The notes beneath the pieces were generated by a model. It worked only from the letters and a program-made list of their open reading frames with translations. It had not been told where the DNA came from and ran no database searches. Both the position numbers and the translations under genes were made by a program. A stretch of 64,000 bases of DNA from Octopus bimaculoides (lineage: Eukaryota), in the NCBI RefSeq assembly GCF_001194135.2, contig NC_068999.1, forward strand, positions 30,866,682-30,930,681, read 5' to 3'. Of the stretch, positions 24,117-37,334 are shown in pieces (positions within the stretch are counted from its first letter, which is position 1; every line of letters starts with the position of its first letter).

Positions 24117-26954
24117 GCATACATACATAGTCAAATCAAATGAATGAACATTAAATATAGCAATAACAAGCAACAAAAGGACATGCACATGGGATGTATT
24201 AGTTTGACACTCAGTAAGAAGAGAGAGTTTTTGAAGTGCAAAGAATGAAAAAAATCACCAACAGCCTGTGTGTAGTTACATATATATATATGCATAAACC
24301 AAGCACTCTCATACAACACACACATACACACACATTTCCAATTAGCTAACCAAAGAGTAACCCTCATCATAGCTGTTCAAATTACTAGAAAAAGCAACCA
24401 AATCTCTCAAGAACACACTGAAAATGGAATCCTAGATGCACACTGCCTGAAAGCAAAACGATGGGAAGGCCATGGTTGGGATGTTTTTGATCATAGCTCT
24501 GCTAGATGAGGGTTTATGTGGGACTAAATGACAATAACAACAACTAAACTCTCTCTGACAGTACAAAGACACAATTATTATACAGCATATTACAGCATCA
24601 ATTCACCAACATACACCTACAACTGCTCTATACATCCAAAATCTAAACCTGCAGCTATTTTATACATACATCTTCTACTATGTCTACATTATTTACATTT
24701 TTTGTTCTGTTTCACAGCAATAGTATCTACATATCTCACTGCCAACCAACACATTTTTCTGCCCTCTTGTAATCCAAAACCCTTCACTAAAAAATTTNNN
24801 NNNNNNNNNNNNNNNNNNNNNNNNNNNNNNNNNNNNNNNNNNNNNNNNNNNNNNNNNNNNNNNNNNNNNNNNNNNNAATGCATTCCACTGGCAATCCTCC
24901 ACCCACCAACTATATTTTCTTTAAAATCACCTACTGAAGATGAAGTTAAAGATTAATTACCTCAATTCCACCTGAGTGAATATGTGAGGGCCTGAAAATA
25001 TGAGAAGTTTTGCTCCTCACTTAAGACATACAAAATAAAAACTAAAAAAGAAAAAAAAATCCTTTAATATTGTTAGAGAACAGCAGTGCATAATAAATGT
25101 ATGTCATATTTGGCAATCTCTTTCAGAACTAGAAGTCTCAGCATCATGCATATATAAAAGTAAAAAATATATTTCATAAAACAGCAAACATAAAAATCCA
25201 ATTTTCTTGATAAGTTCTTTCTATTATGAAAGCATTAATAATTTTTATACTTCCCAACTTGTTTTCTATATGTTATATTGTACAAATTGATCTTATGTAT
25301 ATATTGGCCAATTTTAAGGAATTATGAGCCTATTAGTGATGTTTGGAATGTTACATATAAGAAGAAGAAGGAGAATGTTAAATATGATGGCATCGATGCT
25401 TAGATAAGAAATATTTAAATTACAGATTTTGTGATGCAAAGTTACTGATGCAATACAAACATGCAATAGAACTGTAGTGTTGTGTAACATTTACAAAGTG
25501 AACACAAATATTCTATTCTGGTAAATGTAGATTAGTGATAACAGCATAACCTCTTACATGATATTAAATAAAAAGATAAAAGGTAAAATTTGAAAATGAT
25601 TTTACATATTATAAACTAAACAGGTTTTTTTAATGATATTAAAAGGTAATTAAATTTTGTTCTTTATTTCATTTATGAAAGAATTAAACTGAAAAGGGAT
25701 TAGAAACTTTAATCTGAAAGCTATCATACTAACATATTCCTAAAAATGAAAGTTTGAGTAAATATTTCAGTGTTATTGACTATTAAAGCTAGAATCATAT
25801 TGTGAACTTGTGTCATAGTCGTTCCTGACAGTTTATCATTAATTATTTGGAATACTGGCAAAGCCATATTACAAATCAGAAATTCACACAGGTCTAGCAA
25901 ACCTACATTTATAGAAGTAAAGTTTCTCAAGACAAAGCAGATATTTTATGGTGACTGTGAGCAACAGTTACAAAGAGGATTGCAACCCCTAGATTAACAA
26001 TGGGTGTTCTGGTGACCTGAAGGAATTACTTTGGACAGGAAAATAATAGAAAACCTTCAAGAAAACAGCTGCCAGTTCATGGCCATCTCCTCATTTGAAA
26101 AATGCAACGAAGTTGCGAAAGCTTCATAATCCTCATTACAATAATTCTAAAGGAATAAGTTTGTTCAGAAATACGTCTTTAGATCAATATACAATACATA
26201 AACATTCCTGATCCTCGAGAGCTAATCAAAGAATGCTCCTTTATGTCACCAATTTAACTGCAAAATTTCAGCAATACTTACTTTTTTACCTTCATGTAAA
26301 TTTTGAAGATTATATGTTGATAATGTGATATGTCAATAACTAAGTGCACAAAGTAAAGCTACTGATGGGGTTTGAACACACAGACGCTAGCTCCACATCT
26401 AATAGATAAAAAAAAATTTCACCTCCTTAAGATAGGACAAAAATTCCAGATGTTGACAAGGATTGAACTCTCTACCACACTGATTCGAGTACATTACTGA
26501 CTAGAGCACTATTGTACTTCTAAATACTGACATTAACGATGCTCACTATTGGTTGAATGACATTATTTCAGTTACTCCTAATTTACTTAGAGCAATTCTA
26601 ATGAGCTAGTATTGTACAGCATTAAGAACAGTCATGGAGCTGCCAAGTTCTAAAGAGTTCTTGATAAATTTAATCATACTCACTAATTAAAAGCTTCTAT
26701 TCCAGAAAAAAGCAAGCTGAAATTTCTCAAGACAATTTTAAATAATGTAAAGAGATAACTGTTTATTTTGTTGTTCATAAATAACAATGACGAAAATTAA
26801 TTCTTTATATTTTTCAAACCTTTTGTTTGAAAAAACAAAGTAAAAACTGTAACATAAATCACTTGAATAGAGAGAAGGACATTAAAGAAAAATGCTATCT
26901 AATACTGGCAATGAGAAAATAATGATGAGGATAGTGAAGCAACAATTGCATTGA

Positions 26955-27035
26955 TTTTAATGATGACATTGATGATGATGATGATGATGATGATGATAAT
27001 GAAGACAGTTATGATGGTGGTGATGATGATGTTAC
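26955..27035. repeat. (GAT)n microsatellite
   Basis: Direct inspection. Confidence 0.85.
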
Positions 27036-27769
27036 GATAAAAGTGCTAATTTCAAATACAATTTCCAATGAAAAACATCTACTTTAACAAACATGTGGAG
27101 TAGTTAGAATAGAACAGTCAAATTTGTCAGCATAATGTGACTACACAGTGCCTTTAAACATACACTCATAGACAAACACAAAATCACACACACACATACA
27201 CACACACTCAGATGTACTCACAAGGTACACATTGACAACATGTTATTTTTTCAGTTGTAAATAGTTAACAGTTTCAAAGCTGCATTGAGATTGCAATGAG
27301 AAATAAGAGATTTAATTGAAGTCAGTAAATTATTTAAGTTGTCCATACCCCTTCATTTAGTTAAGCCAGTAATTGTTGAATTATCTTATGAAAAGAAAAA
27401 GGTATTAAGAACTTTCTGACTTGATTTTCCTTGATAGAAAAGAGATTTGAACTCAGAGCGCTGTAAGTTAAAACAAATACCTTACAGAATGCCATCATCC
27501 TGTCTGCCTACCACACAAAGTGTATAATGAAAAAAACTGGTATTGCTAACAAGCTGAAGTACCTTTGTAACTTGAACTGATCAATGGAGGTATAAATATT
27601 TCCACCAAGAAGCAATTTTTAGATTTCTTTTAAATTGTTTCTATTCTGACTTTGTACATTTGATAATGCAGATGTACTTCTATGTCCATGCAAATTAAAG
27701 TAATGTGTAACTAAATCAACTTGTTATTAATCAATTATAAACATATATACACACATATATTGATGAGTA

Positions 27770-27802
<33 letters not shown>

Positions 27803-28568
27803 GTCTGTCTGTCTGTCAGTTTATTTAACTACACACACACACACACACGTTGTTATAGGCATGTGAAAGCAATGTTATGAATAAATAAACGTTTAAACAG
27901 TTAAAATGTTTCAGACATATTTGACCTGAGCAATGGTGGTGTTTGCCATAGAGAAGAATTCTTGCTTTTAGGTAATCAGTACTAAAAAACACCAACAGTC
28001 ATTTCAATGTGCATTCTGATGGAAACAGTGAATGCATTTTTAGCTTCTTGATTATCCTCAGTATTGTGTACAGCAAGAGAAATAACAGATATAGTTATAT
28101 AAATCTGACAACTCTATTTATTCCAATATGTCTGGTTAACATCTTGCTTTATTTCCATATCAAAGTTAAATACTAAGCAGTAGAAATGAGATCCTCTTCT
28201 AATAAACTCATTTCTCTCCAATGATACACAACTGTTAACATACATTTTCACACATGCCACTGACACTAATGTGAAACAACAATTATAAAACAGTATGTAG
28301 ATAAGTGCATGAGGAAGGGAGAGGAAAGGTGAAGAAGAGAGAGAGAGAGAGAGGGGGAGAGAAAGGGGAGAGAGAGATTTAAAAGCCTGAAAATGTCTCT
28401 GTAACCACTATACCTACATTGGTAAGGTTTAATATCATTCAAATTATTATATAACAATACAGATCGATAAAACAACCATTACTCTACTATAGAAAACTTG
28501 CGCAGGTTTTCACCACCTAAATTTGGAAATGAAGGTATAAAATGAATGCATAAAAGCTATATTCTTAT

Positions 28569-29857
28569 CAAAGGTAGGCACTGTTAATTGAAAGGTTAAC
28601 TTTGTTAACTGTTAATCCGTTAACCAAAAACCTAACTCTGATAACCGTTAATCAGTTAATTCTTTAAAAATTTAAAGTTATTGATAAACTGTTAACGTTA
28701 AGTTTTTATTATAGAAAAAACAACAAAATCAGTTTTTTTTTCTATAAAACTACATAAAAACACCTTTGAAAAGTGCCCAAACCATAATATCAGCCTTTAT
28801 TTTTAGCTCTTTTAAAAGTTTTAGAAACCAAAACTAGAGTTAAAATATGATGATTTTATAGTTTTAACTTTTAAAAGACCTAAAAATGGCTGATTTCATC
28901 ATTTTGACCCTTTTTTTTTAGATTTTTAAAGGCCTTTAGAGCCAGAAAAGGGTAAAAAAAAAACTTCAAATGAAACACAATATTAGTATTAAGCTAAAAA
29001 ATTTATTGATAAAGTATCTGTAAAAAAAATAAAAATAAAAAAATGAAAAACATGATATATACATAATTTAATTTTTCCTTTTCTCCTCATTCGCCATTTT
29101 GTTCATGAAATACATGTTGCCCTTCATGAAAATTAGCATGTCAAAGTTTTCATCAGACAGGGATGATCTCTTGGCCCACACCATGTCCTTGCCCATAGAG
29201 AACAAACACTTGATTGCATCACTGGAGGAGATGGCTGTGTTGGACTTGATGAACAAGTCCACCGACACTTGCTCACCCAAGAAAGCAGCATCTGTCAGCA
29301 TCCCTAGAGTTGGTCTCCAACCAGGTCTTGACCAATTTCTGGGCCTTGTTCTTGAGTGACTTGTGGCTCCTGCTGCTCTCTTTTGGCTGAGTGACACCAC
29401 TGAAGAAGTCATCCACCTCCTCTTCATTGTTGCTGCCTCCACTGTTGCTGCTCACTTTGTTACACTGTAGCCTCGTGGCCTCCTCGGCCTTACCCTCCAT
29501 GCTTTTCCTCACCTTGGAGACATTGGTGTTGTCATATCTATCCAACCTAATGAGGTAAAACCTGGGATGGAAGGCAGCAGCCAGCTGCCATTCATCATCC
29601 TCCAGGAGGGTCCTAAACCTTTTGTTGATGCCTGCCAAAAGTGCTTTGACCAAGGGGCTGCAGTAGAAGAGGCCTTGGACTTCAAATCCTTGAGCCTAAA
29701 GATCGTCACACCAACTTGAGTTAATGGAAGTTAAATGTAACGGATGTTAATTAGTCTGTTAATGATTTCCAAGTTAACTTAAAAGTTAAATCATTAACGA
29801 AAATGTTAACTTCATTAATTAATGATTAACGGATTAACGATTTGGTGCCCAGGTTTG
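28569..29857 (-). mobile_element. hAT DNA transposon, internally deleted, 8-bp TSD
   Basis: TSD ATTCTTAT at 28561-28568 and 29858-29865; TIRs CAAAGGTAGGCAC / rc CAAACCTGGGCAC; GTTAA(C/T)-rich subterminal repeats; transposase C-terminus LAAAFHPRF (ORF 29273-29653) and dimerisation-like LFIKSNTAISSSDAIKCLFSMGKD..KRSSLSDENFDMLIFMKGN (ORF 29068-29442). Confidence 0.92.
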
Positions 29858-32129
29858 ATTCTTATATACATCTGCAACTGTACATGACTATAATAGTTAT
29901 ATTGTTATGCATGTATCTATAGCCATATATAACTATATAAAAGCTAATTCTTCATATACATCTACAAATGTAAATAACTATATGACAATTATATTGTTAT
30001 ACAGATCTACATATGTATATACTTTTAATGAGTTAGTCACAGGAGAATGAAGAGTAGGGTCCATGATGTTTTCAGTTCCTCCAAAATGGTAAAAGAGAGA
30101 AGAAAGAAAACCCAGCCAAGAGTAGATTAAGACCTATAGAGGCTCTAAGCACTTAAAAGATTTTGGTGCTCCCATATATATGTAATTCAAAATATAAACA
30201 ATAATAAACCATGAAATAAAATTTTATTTTTCTTAATGAAACAAAACTAACAGAATGATGTTTATTTTCGTACACTTCCTTCTGCTTTATTTATATTTGA
30301 AAAGTTTTGTACTTTTTATAAATGCAAAGTCTTTGATAAAACCCTCACTATGACTCCATGAACACTTCAAAATTATATTTTCAATCAATATAAACCACTT
30401 CAAATATTATTTTAGAAAGTTTATCATTTCCTTGATGCCCTCAGCACATGCTTATTTTGCTTAATGATTAATCCAGCGCTGATCACAGCATATAAGACTA
30501 CAGATCTGGTCTAAATACTTGCAACAAAGTGGATGCCATTAACTCATTTGTTACCAAATTTCTGTTGAAATACACTGCTTCTGTTTGAATTAATTTGGAA
30601 AATAATGAAAAATTTAGTAAAATAACTGTCATTATTAAGCTGATGCTTAGGATATAAATTAATATCGAATCTTGATGGAAGGTTTTAATTTAGACCACTT
30701 GAAGTACATCATAGAATGGAGCGGGGTCTCAGATGACTTGGTATCAAAAGGACCAGGCATCCATGTTAAACTGAGCATTAAATGATATCTATCACTCAAG
30801 AATAGAAAGAATACTTGGTAAAAGACACTTTCACAAAGTACCATGCTGTAGGATCGAATTTGGACCCAATTAATTAATAAGTAAAATTCTTCATTACACA
30901 ATCATGCCTATAAAAGCTTTAGGTTTGGTTCTTCTTGCAAAATTCAGTATATATATTTGTGTACTGAGTGTATTACTGTACTTTATCTGTGAATGAATGC
31001 AGGAGCTGATACCTCATTAGGGGGCAAAGCAGCTATGTAAGTATTTGGGCCCCTTCCCCAGTGATACCAAAGCTGCTCAGGGTCACCCACTGATGTAGGC
31101 AACAAAACGCCCACACAACAGCATAAATTTTGTTGAGTTAGTCAGATGTTGCAACTCTGGGCTAGATGCTTGTACTGTCCTCACTACTTGTTCCTGTTGC
31201 ACCACTTGACCTCTCTCTTGAGCCAGATGTAATAGCTTCCTTTCTTAGTGGTTTCCAACAACTTTCTGGCAACAAATTTTGACTCTTGAATATTAAGTGA
31301 ACCCTGGTTCCAACAAATTCTTTAACACCTATCTCAATAGAAGGTGTATTTTAAAACCCATCACTCATTCTTTTATCTATAGCAAATATTGATTTAAGAT
31401 TTCAAGGAATATTTTCTTTTAACCATTCAATTTTAATTCCATATTATGAAAATTTACTTCTCAATTAGTTTTTTTTTTTGTTTTTAATTTCAGTTACCGA
31501 TTACAAGCAATAAAAATATTGGTGGTTATTTATTACATTTCTACTATCTTATAGAGAATATTGCTGTCTTTTTCAATTCCTGCATCCTAAACGTCCTAAT
31601 TATAGAGAATGGTCTGAATTTAATTTCAAATTTTAATCAAACACCTCACAGTTCAGCAACAGACCAATGCAAACTTATTATTAGATGTTTTCTCTTGACA
31701 TCTCATTCTTTCACTCTAGTAGTCTACCATAGAACATCATAGATGATAATTTTCTACAGAACCATTAATGTTCATTTTTAGTTCATTAAAGATGTCAAAT
31801 GAGATAATTTTGAAATGAAGCAGAAAAAGAATACTAACTATTGTAAGACTGATAACTCCCTGGAAATGAAAACTTCGAAATATTCCACTGAATTTTTAAA
31901 GTTTTGTTTTGTCAAATTTAAAATGTACTCATTTATCATTTGTTGCATGGATCTAATACTTCGGCTTATCAATGAACTTTTTGTGTCTATGGAGACTGGA
32001 TGTCTAAACCAGTATCAGCATACTCAGCATGCTTGTGTGTGTGTGTATTATTAAATGGTTCATGTTGATATCAAAACCAAAATCATTGAAAGAAAACTAA
32101 TAGACCTACTAAAAGCAGGTAGAATATTC

Positions 32130-32310
32130 ATGTTTGCATACATGCAATATTTTGTGTGTGCATACATGTATGAGTTTTGTGTGTGCACACATGCATAATT
32201 TGAATTGTGCACACATGCATGATTTTATGTATGCATACATGCATGATTTTATGTATAAATACATGCATGGCTTTGATTTATGCATACTTGTATGATTTTA
32301 TGCATGCCTA
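32130..32310. repeat. Degenerate TGCATG/ATGCAT-containing ~24-bp tandem tract
   Basis: Repeated tgcatacatg(c/t)atgattttatg units. Confidence 0.6.
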
Positions 32311-33279
32311 CTTGCATGTAATAGTCCAATGGATTGAGATCTGGAGAATTAGGAGGCCAAATGTTAGGGGTTATGTGATCATGAAAATTTTCAATCATCC
32401 ATTCCTGTGTTACTAGAGCCATGTGTGATAGTGCAGAGTCCTACTGAAACACATATGGCCTTCTATTGCATACACTGTCTATCCAGGGATTAACAATTGT
32501 TTCCAGGACCTCAATGTAGATGGCAGAGTTAACTTTAAGGCTTTGTGGAAAGAAGTAAGGAGGCATCACACGTCCTTCATTGCTGACAATCCCTAAAACC
32601 ATGACAATTGCAGGAAATTTTGTATGCAATAACACTTGGAACTTCAGAAGGGTTTGCACATAACCATCTGTCATTTCTTCTGTTAACTTTTTGATCTTGG
32701 TTGAAGTTTTTCTTGTTTGAGAAAAACGAAATCAAATTTTCTGCTGCTGGATTTTTCAGTTTGTTTAAGAACCTTGTAGATCTGATATAGTGATTTTCTT
32801 TTGCTTTTTCAGACAAATTAGCCTTTCCTCATCATATAAGACTTATATCTGATGTCTTTGTGGACAACATTTCTGATTGTTCCTTCTTACACATGGAGAT
32901 CTTTTGCAATTGACCTCATGGATTTTCTGGAATTGTAATCAATGGTCTGTTGAACTTGTTGGGATAAATTCAGATGTTCTGATGATTTCAGAGTATTTAG
33001 AACGCTTTTTATGCTTTGATACTGGTAATATGTTTCCATCTTCAGTCTCTAGCTCCTTACAAACTTTGTAGATGAAAGATCAGGCAACTTTTAAAAATTG
33101 AGATATTTCTAAATTGCTATGCTCAGCCTTTATAACCACAATAACAGCATGCCTCTTCATTTCTTGAGTTAGCTGAGGGTCTGCCATTATTATTTTCTGA
33201 AACAAAGATTATACGGAGTCAGTAAAAAATGCAGCAATGACCCCAAAAGGGTATGTCTTCAAACACCTTACGCACACTG
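32300..33279 (-). mobile_element. Tc1/mariner superfamily, maT (DD37D)-like transposase pseudogene, 3' truncated
   Basis: FFSNKKNFNQDQKVNRRNDRWLC, HTKFPAIVMVLGIVSNEG.VMPP..F..L.VN...YIEVL..IV.PWIDSV..RPYVFQ*DSA and WPPNSPDLNPLDYY (~32321-32363); terminus ..CACTG|TA at 33279-33281. Confidence 0.85.
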
Positions 33280-33304
33280 TATATATATAAGTGAAGAAAT
33301 ATGA

Positions 33305-33770
33305 TTTGGTGCTTAGGGTATTCAGTTCATAATCGTAAGGTTGAGAGTTCGATTCCCAGTGATGTGCTGTGTCTTTGAGCAAGATATTTTATTTCAGGAT
33401 GATCCAGTCTACTCAGCTGCCAAAAATGAGTTGTGCCTGTATTTCAAAGAGCCAACCTTGTCACATTCTATGTCACACTGTATCTCTCTGACAACCACGG
33501 TAAGGGTATGTGTGTCTGTGGAGTGCTCAGCCACTTGCATGCTAATTTCATGAGCAGGCTGTTCCACTGACTGTCACCAATGGCATGTAAAAGCACCCAG
33601 AATACTCTGTAAAGTGATTGGTGTTAGGAAGGGCATCCAGCTGTAGAAACCATGCCAAACCAAACTGGAATCTGGTGCAGCTCCCCAGCTTGTCAGCTCT
33701 GGTCAAGCCATCTAACCCATGCCAGCATGGACAACAGGTGTTAAAGGATGATGATGATGATGATATATAT
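33305..33770 (+). mobile_element. SINE family C copy followed by a family D 3' fragment
   Basis: Similarity to 9808-10130 up to ~33560, then GGTGTTAGGAAGGGCATCCAGCTGTAGAAACC..(GAT)n. Confidence 0.75.
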
Positions 33771-33786
33771 ATATATATTGAATAAA

Positions 33787-33875
33787 TACTGTTCTATATT
33801 TTTGAAATGAGGAATTCTGTACATTATTTTCTGGTAGGATTTTGAACCCAACCCTAGGTTCTCATTCCTAGGGTA

Positions 33876-33910
<35 letters not shown>

Positions 33911-34136
33911 TTTTATTATTATTATCATTATCATCATTATTATTACTATTATTATTATTATTATTATTATTTATTCAAGGCACTGTCTGGAATTGAACTC
34001 GCAATCTTGGGGTCAGTAGCCCGTGCTCTTAACCATTACACCATGGGCATATAGCATAATGGTTAAGAGCATGGGCTACTAATCCCAAGATTGTGCATTG
34101 AATTCCAGGCAGTATCATGAATAAATAATAATGATG

Positions 34137-34205
<69 letters not shown>

Positions 34206-34325
34206 TCAGCAAAAAATACCTTGGGAATGAGAACCCAGGGTTGGAGAGTAAATCAGCCGAAACATTGTGGTAAGAACAAACAAGATGAGGACACATATCT
34301 GTCTAATGTAAATAATATTGATTAA
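33787..34325. mobile_element. Head-to-head inverted dimer of a tRNA-headed, (AAT)n-containing element
   Basis: Arms ~33845-34043 and ~34044-34245 are reverse complements (GCTCTTAACCATTA / TAATGGTTAAGAGC; GGTTCTCATTCC / GGAATGAGAACC); each has A/B-box-like motifs and an (AAT)n tract. Confidence 0.8.
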
Positions 34326-35054
34326 ATGTATGTTCCAAGTTACAGGCCATAGTTTTGCTCCTGGGTTACTTAAATATGGTATAGGGACACATCACTGAAG
34401 GTCAGAAGTGATGTTCCTTTTTCTGAAATTTGGTTTTGTTCCTGACAGAAAAAAGACCAACAAATTTTTGGAAATTTATGAATTCTTTGAAACCCTGCTT
34501 AGTACCAATTTTGGCCTTTTTTTTTGCGCTAGGCACTTAAAAACGATGGAAGAAGCCTTGAAGGTTAAAAAAACAAATATTTGGAAAAATTGGCAATCAC
34601 CATTACAAACCCCACTTCCTTTATTTTCAAACAGAAAATGAAATATAATATAAAAACAACAGTGATATTTAAAAAAAAATTTCATTATACCCCAAGCACC
34701 ATAAATCCTAAAATTTCACCTTTTTTTCAAAATTTTTTTAATCATAGTTTTAAAATATGGACAGTCCAGATTTGCAATTTGTTTATGTTTATAATTTCAA
34801 AATAATTTTCACATGAAAAGATGTATGATTTACAAATTTACCTGTTGCTTATAGCACATCCCATGACCACGCGGTACCTTACTCATTTCTTTGACACTCT
34901 GAGATGTATTAATAATTTTCAATATTTTCTCCCATAAACACATTTCATGGTATGATGGTGCAGTGGTCCATTCCTGAGATTTCAGCAACAACAAAAAAAT
35001 TTTGTAATTTAAATTTTTAATCTCCCAGCCTGCACCAAGCAAGTTCGTGTGTGT

Positions 35055-35111
<57 letters not shown>

Positions 35112-35749
35112 TGAAAAACACATTTACTAACAGAAAAGTGTGCTATTGAAATGAATTGTCTTTTACAAACCTTTTTTAAATCACTGTTGCATTAGTGAAA
35201 TTACTTACACACACACACACACACAGTGTGAGTGATTACCTTTACAAGAGTGAGAGAGAGTGTGGAAGATGTATACAGAAATAGGGAAAGTTTACAATGA
35301 GAAAAGTGAAAAATGAAAGAGATAAGCAAATAGAGAGAGAGGGGGACCTTTTCTGTTGCTTTCACAGATTTTGAAATTTTAAATTTAAATGCAAATTGCC
35401 AAATTTGATATATTGATGTAGTTTTGTACACTAAATCTCCTTTTATGATTCATTTATTCCAGAAAAATTTTAGAAAAATATTACAGAGGTTTAAAGTTTG
35501 ATCATTTTTACATAATCAGAAAACAAGATTTTGAAGCTAAGCATTTCGTGCTTGATAGCTCTGTATCATAAAATGAAAGTAAACATTACAAGACAACTTT
35601 ACACAAAATGAAAGCAATGCATGAGAGATAATACATACACAGAGGGAGAGAGTAAGTGATAAAGAGTGTAGTGTATATATATATTTGACAGTTAAATATA
35701 GCCTTATACAGAAATATTGACATAGGAATAAATTTCAATAATAATGGAT

Positions 35750-36650
35750 ATTAGCGTCAAAACTCTCTTTTAAATTTAAAATTTTGGATATATAACCAAG
35801 AAGAACGATCCTTAAGGCGTCTACTTTAGACTTTTTGCGGTGAAATCTCTTGCTATATTGGTAACGATTACATGTTTTTCTCATCATCAACACATTGTGG
35901 AGATATCATCATATGAACATATTTCTCTTATTACTTCCTAGATTACCCGCCCCACCGATATGACTCCCTTTATTTTTTATTTTTTATTTTTTTATTTTTT
36001 ATTTTATTTATTTTTTATTTTTTATTTTATTTTATTTTAAGTTTTATTTTTATTTTAAGTTTATTCTTNNNNNNNNNNNNNNNNNNNNNNNNNNNNNNNN
36101 NNNNNNNNNNNNNNNNNNNNNNNNNNNNNNNNNNNNNNNNNNNNNNNNNNNNNNNNNNNNNNNNNNNNNNNNNNNNNNNNNNNNNNNNNNNNNNNNNNNN
36201 NNNNNNNNNNNNNNNNNNNNNNNNNNNNNNNNNNNNNNNNNNNNNNNNNNNNNNNNNNNNNNNNNNNNNNNNNNNNNNNNNNNNNNNNNNNNNNNNNNNN
36301 NNNNNNNNNNNNNNNNNNNNNNNNNNNNNNNNNNNNNNNNNNNNNNNNNNNNNNNNNNNNNNNNNNNNNNNNNNNNNNNNNNNNNNNNNNNNNNNNNNNN
36401 NNNNNNNNNNNNNNNNNNNNNNNNNACATTGTAGATTATACACATATTATATTATGTTATATTATATTATATTATATTATACACATGTAGAGCTTGAAAC
36501 ACGTGTACCGCGGAATCCTTTGTAGTTTTGTTGTTATTTTTTTGTTTTGGATTTACAATTTATTCTTTCACCGCAACCACTAGCTGGAATACACAGGTGC
36601 TTACAATTGTCAAGTATTACCTCTAAATTTCAATTTACCTGCGTATATAT
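35750..36650. promoter_or_regulatory. Possible unmethylated promoter-like patch around a gap
   Basis: Locally retained CpGs in non-repeat DNA, GC box CCCGCCCC (35946-35953), E-box CACGTG (36500-36505). No transcript evidence. Confidence 0.25.
35968..36068. repeat. (TTTTA/TTTTTA)n tract adjoining gap
   Basis: Direct inspection. Confidence 0.9.
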
Positions 36651-37297
36651 ATATATATATGTAGATAGAGAGAGAGAGAGAGACAGAGACAGAGAGTAAG
36701 AGAGAGCCTGATGGTGACAGAGAGAAAGAGTAGGAGATTTGTTTATCTAAAAGTTGAATTATTTCTCATAGTAAATTATATTTTTTATTATTATTTACAA
36801 ACAAACTTCTCTTTGGGATGCACATTTTGAAAATCAAATTAATTTTTCTTGGGGACTCACTATTTCAGAGCCATTCGGGCCTAAACACATATACATAACT
36901 ACATACACTCTCATTTATATGGTAGACACTGGTGAGTATGGTATGTTTGAGGGTAGGTGAGTATGCAAAAACTCATTATTTTACTTTTTCCAGTCATTAG
37001 GCTGCAACTATGTTGGTGTACCACCTTGAAAGTCTTAGCCAATGAAATTGAACCACATTACTTATTCTATGAGTATTGTAATTTTTTGCTGACCCACGAA
37101 GTAATGTGCATGCAAAGAAGCCAACACTAGTTGCCATGCAGTGAGATAAACAAATGGTTGCACACACACACACACATACCCTACTTATGAACAGATGAGG
37201 GTTGTCATCTGGAAAGGCATCTTGCTGTACAAAAAATATGCCCAAACATAGTCTCGCTTGCCCCATGTAGGCATGGAAAATGATGATCATGATGATG

Positions 37298-37334
<37 letters not shown>

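Noticed and set aside
26345-26520. tRNA-like fragments (rc GTGTTCAAACCCC; GAGTTCAATCCT)
   Set aside because: Only B-box-like halves with no cloverleaf; probably decayed SINE heads. The same applies to all SINE heads: none is called a tRNA gene.
34370-35040. Possible DNA-transposon remnant (A/T-run-rich)
   Set aside because: No TIR pair or TSD could be confirmed by eye.
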